A DNA stretch of 20,000 nucleotides from an uncultured virus (IMG/VR IMGVR_UViG_3300006417_000262) (lineage: Duplodnaviria > Heunggongvirae > Uroviricota > Caudoviricetes), in IMG/VR virus record IMGVR_UViG_3300006417_000262, positions 51,828 to 71,827 of that record, one strand, 5' to 3'. The position numbers and the translations under genes were made by a program. The first letter of the stretch is position 1, and each line of letters starts with the position of its first letter. The notes below the pieces were generated by a model that searched no databases, had not been told where the DNA came from, and saw nothing but the letters and a program-made list of their open reading frames with translations. Shown piece by piece: positions 18,367-20,000 of the stretch.

Positions 18367-19404
18367 ATGGCCGCCGACGATCCTACCAACCCGCTTGACG
18401 CCATCACGCTGTCTCAAAATCCGTCTCCGTTTCCAGAGACGGGGCAGGATTTCCTCGACAAGGTGAGGCTGCAGACGAGCGCCATCCTGGCGCAGTTCAT
18501 CAAGGTGCTCCCTTCCAACTACGTCTCTCGCACCACGGGGCCGTTCTACACCCTCCAGTTCCAGGCAGCGGCCGAGCAGCTCGCTGTGTTCCAAGTCACG
18601 GCACAAGAGGTGTTCAAGGACGCGGACTACGACTACACCCGTCCAGAGTTCCTTTGGGAGGTGCTTGGGTCATTCGTGTTCCCCGAAGCCACCACCGTCC
18701 CTACCGTTGACGGCGACCAGGCCTACCGAACCTTCCTGAAAAAGATGGTGTTGCTGTTGCTCCGAGGGGCCACACCAGGCGTGATGCAGGAAGGGGCAGA
18801 GCTACTAACGGAAGCCGATGTCTTGCTGCTCGAGAGGTTCCTGGAAGCGCGGGAGCCAGGCTCCGCGTTCACGATCGACGACCAGTTCTTCGTGGACCTT
18901 CTAGTAGAGGAGGGGGGCGGGACATCCTTCCCAGCGCAGCCATTCGTCCTCCAGGAGAATGTCCGGCTCATCTTGAAGGCCCTCAAGCCAGCCCATGTCC
19001 TTTACAGCTACTCGCACTTGTTCCGAGAAACCTTCGGGACGCTCTTTGTGGACACGTACTCGTGGGAGATGTCCGCCTACTACTACGACGACTTCCGCAA
19101 GTTCTGCTACGGTGCCAAGGAGATTACAGGGCTGCGGTTCGTTCGCCGGCCGGGCCGATGCCCTAGCCCAGCGTACCGGGCGCGGGCAAGCAAAACGAGA
19201 CGGGCGCAGACCGGCCCGTACGCACGAGACCTCCTGCAACGCCGCCTCGGGCGCTGCGACGGTGCCCACCACCAGCGTGCGAGGCTGGCAGCGCGGCAGC
19301 GAAGCCTGCTGCTCAGTGCGAGAACTCTTGTGACGCGCGTCTTCGATAGGGGTTCTGGCTGCGACCGTGCGCCGGAGGTCGAGCGGCCTGAAGTTGAGGA
19401 GTGA
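18367..19404 (+). CDS. Baseplate wedge protein, P2 gpI/T4 gp7-like. Native only to ~19131 (aa ~255); the last ~90 aa are read-through into unrelated DNA
   Basis: Follows baseplate J and carries LPSNY, DQAYRTFL, RGAT and LKALKPAHV, motifs typical of gpI/DUF2313-like proteins. After ...GAKEITG the translation becomes Arg-rich and non-protein-like, and GC rises sharply. Confidence 0.75.
   Translation: MAADDPTNPLDAITLSQNPSPFPETGQDFLDKVRLQTSAILAQFIKVLPSNYVSRTTGPFYTLQFQAAAEQLAVFQVTAQEVFKDADYDYTRPEFLWEVLGSFVFPEATTVPTVDGDQAYRTFLKKMVLLLLRGATPGVMQEGAELLTEADVLLLERFLEAREPGSAFTIDDQFFVDLLVEEGGGTSFPAQPFVLQENVRLILKALKPAHVLYSYSHLFRETFGTLFVDTYSWEMSAYYYDDFRKFCYGAKEITGLRFVRRPGRCPSPAYRARASKTRRAQTGPYARDLLQRRLGRCDGAHHQRARLAARQRSLLLSARTLVTRVFDRGSGCDRAPEVERPEVEE
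19125..19140. other. Compositional junction between phage-like DNA and high-GC bacterial DNA
   Basis: Hand counts give ~57% GC for 19021-19080, ~72% for 19141-19200 and ~77% for 19681-19740. Protein-like translation is lost at the same point. Confidence 0.8.
19160..19189 (-). promoter_or_regulatory. Putative alphaproteobacterial sigma70-type promoter, divergent from rlpA and pointing at the junction
   Basis: The minus strand reads TTGCCC-17 nt-CTAGGG (in GCTAGGGC), resembling the TTG...GCTANAWC-type consensus, followed by a GC-rich stretch. Confidence 0.3.
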
Positions 19405-19642
19405 CCCCGCCGCCAGAGCGGGGCCGGTGCCGGCCGGCCTCGAGCCTCGATCCGATCTGCAACTCGATGTCCCCGCCGTCGTAGCCGCCGCCGGCGCCCG
19501 CGTTCACCCGATGCTCACCCTGTCTTGCCATGGTGCGGCCGTGGGTTCGCCGGGTTCACCGGCAAGGTATCCGTGGTCGGCGTCCGGCTCTCTCGACGGC
19601 TTTTCGAGGGCTGGCCCTCCAAGGTGGGATGGAGTTCGCGTG

Positions 19643-20000
19643 GTGGTGTTTGCGTTGGGCCGCGGGGCGGCCGTCCGGCGGGCTGGGGAGCGATCTCGCG
19701 TGCGTGCCGGCGTGGTGGCCGTGCTGGGCCTCGCCGTGGTGGCGGCGGCGTGCTCGCGCGGTGGCTCGGACCGGGTAGCCTCCAGCGGCATCGATCCGGC
19801 GACGGGAACCCGCGCCAGTCCGCGCGTGGTCGCCAATGGTCCGATCCCGAAGGGCGGCGGCGTCTACAAGGTGGGTGTGCCCTATCAGGTGGCCGGGCGC
19901 TGGTATCATCCGCGCATCGATCCGGCCTACGACCGCACCGGCGTCGCCTCCTGGTACGGCGACGATTTCCACGGCCGCAAGACCGCCAACGGCGAGATCT
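19643..20000 (+). CDS. rlpA: Septal ring lytic transglycosylase RlpA family lipoprotein (5' part, runs off the window)
   Basis: My translation: (M)VFALGRGAAVRRAGERSRVRAGVVAVLGLAVVAAAC-SRGG...ASPRVVANGPIPKGGGVYKVGVPYQVAGRWYHPRIDPAYDRTGVASWYGDDFHGRKTANGEI. It has a signal peptide with a lipobox-like Cys (19751-19753) and the RlpA hallmark ASWYG-x-x-FHGRKTANGE. GGAG lies at 19631-19634; the start could be GTG 19640, 19643 or 19646. It is absent from the ORF track because there is no stop in the window. Confidence 0.93.
   Translation, partial: MVFALGRGAAVRRAGERSRVRAGVVAVLGLAVVAAACSRGGSDRVASSGIDPATGTRASPRVVANGPIPKGGGVYKVGVPYQVAGRWYHPRIDPAYDRTGVASWYGDDFHGRKTANGEI

Larger units (their letters stand above)
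1..19131 (+). mobile_element. Contractile-tail (myovirus/jumbo-phage-like or CIS-like) structural gene module: baseplate and putative baseplate-associated proteins
   Basis: Seven co-directional genes with gaps of -1 to 43 nt. The last three carry gp25, baseplate J and P2 gpI-type motifs in canonical order. No housekeeping genes are present, and the block ends abruptly at ~19131. Confidence 0.85.

Noticed and set aside
1..19131. Stop-codon reassignment, as seen in some large phages
   Set aside because: Genes are intact under code 11, and TGA, TAG and TAA all appear as terminators at gene boundaries.
1..19131. Type VI secretion system or canonical Afp/PVC eCIS locus
   Set aside because: No VgrG, PAAR, Hcp/tube, sheath, TssK/L/M, ClpV or Afp15-like ATPase is recognisable in the window, and the wedge genes look phage-like. 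A non-canonical CIS cannot be excluded without flanking sequence.
19132..19404. Arg-rich C-terminal 90 aa of the 345-aa ORF as a real basic domain
   Set aside because: It begins exactly at the GC step and is best explained as read-through into unrelated intergenic DNA.
19405..19423. Hairpin CCCCGC-N7-GCGGGG (and a weaker one at ~19589-19610) as an intrinsic terminator
   Set aside because: The stems are short, lack a U-tract, and are expected by chance at >70% GC.
19132..19640. tRNA, att site or integrase marking a prophage boundary
   Set aside because: I found no cloverleaf with a T-loop and acceptor stem on either strand, and no recombinase ORF.
19504..19972. Track ORFs 19530-19778 (+), 19504-19836 (-) and 19556-19972 (-)
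   Set aside because: They overlap the clearly recognisable rlpA frame and have no protein-like features.
1..20000. CRISPR array, DGR template/variable repeats, or other nucleotide-level repeat arrays
   Set aside because: None seen by eye, and there is no reverse transcriptase or Cas ORF. The repeats I detected are diverged and at the protein level only.

Overview
About 95% of the window (1 to ~19131, + strand, roughly 60-63% GC by eye) is one tightly packed operon of virion-type structural genes, most likely from a large contractile-tailed (myovirus/jumbo-type) phage or a related contractile injection system. It contains a giant modular protein (>3350 aa, frame open to the left edge), a 76-aa coiled-coil protein, an 865-aa protein with amphipathic helical ends around an FN3-like core, and a 276-aa helical protein. 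These are followed by the conserved baseplate wedge trio: gp25/GPW-like (372 aa), baseplate J/gp6-like (1155 aa) and gpI/gp7-like. The gp25-like and J-like proteins are strongly enlarged by inserted domains. At ~19131 the gpI-like gene breaks off and the sequence switches to higher-GC (~70-75%) bacterial DNA: an intergenic region and the 5' part of an alphaproteobacterial-type rlpA lipoprotein gene, which the ORF track misses. No integrase, att site or tRNA is visible at the junction, so an assembly chimera or contig concatenation is the simplest explanation. All family assignments come from motif recognition by eye; no searches were run.
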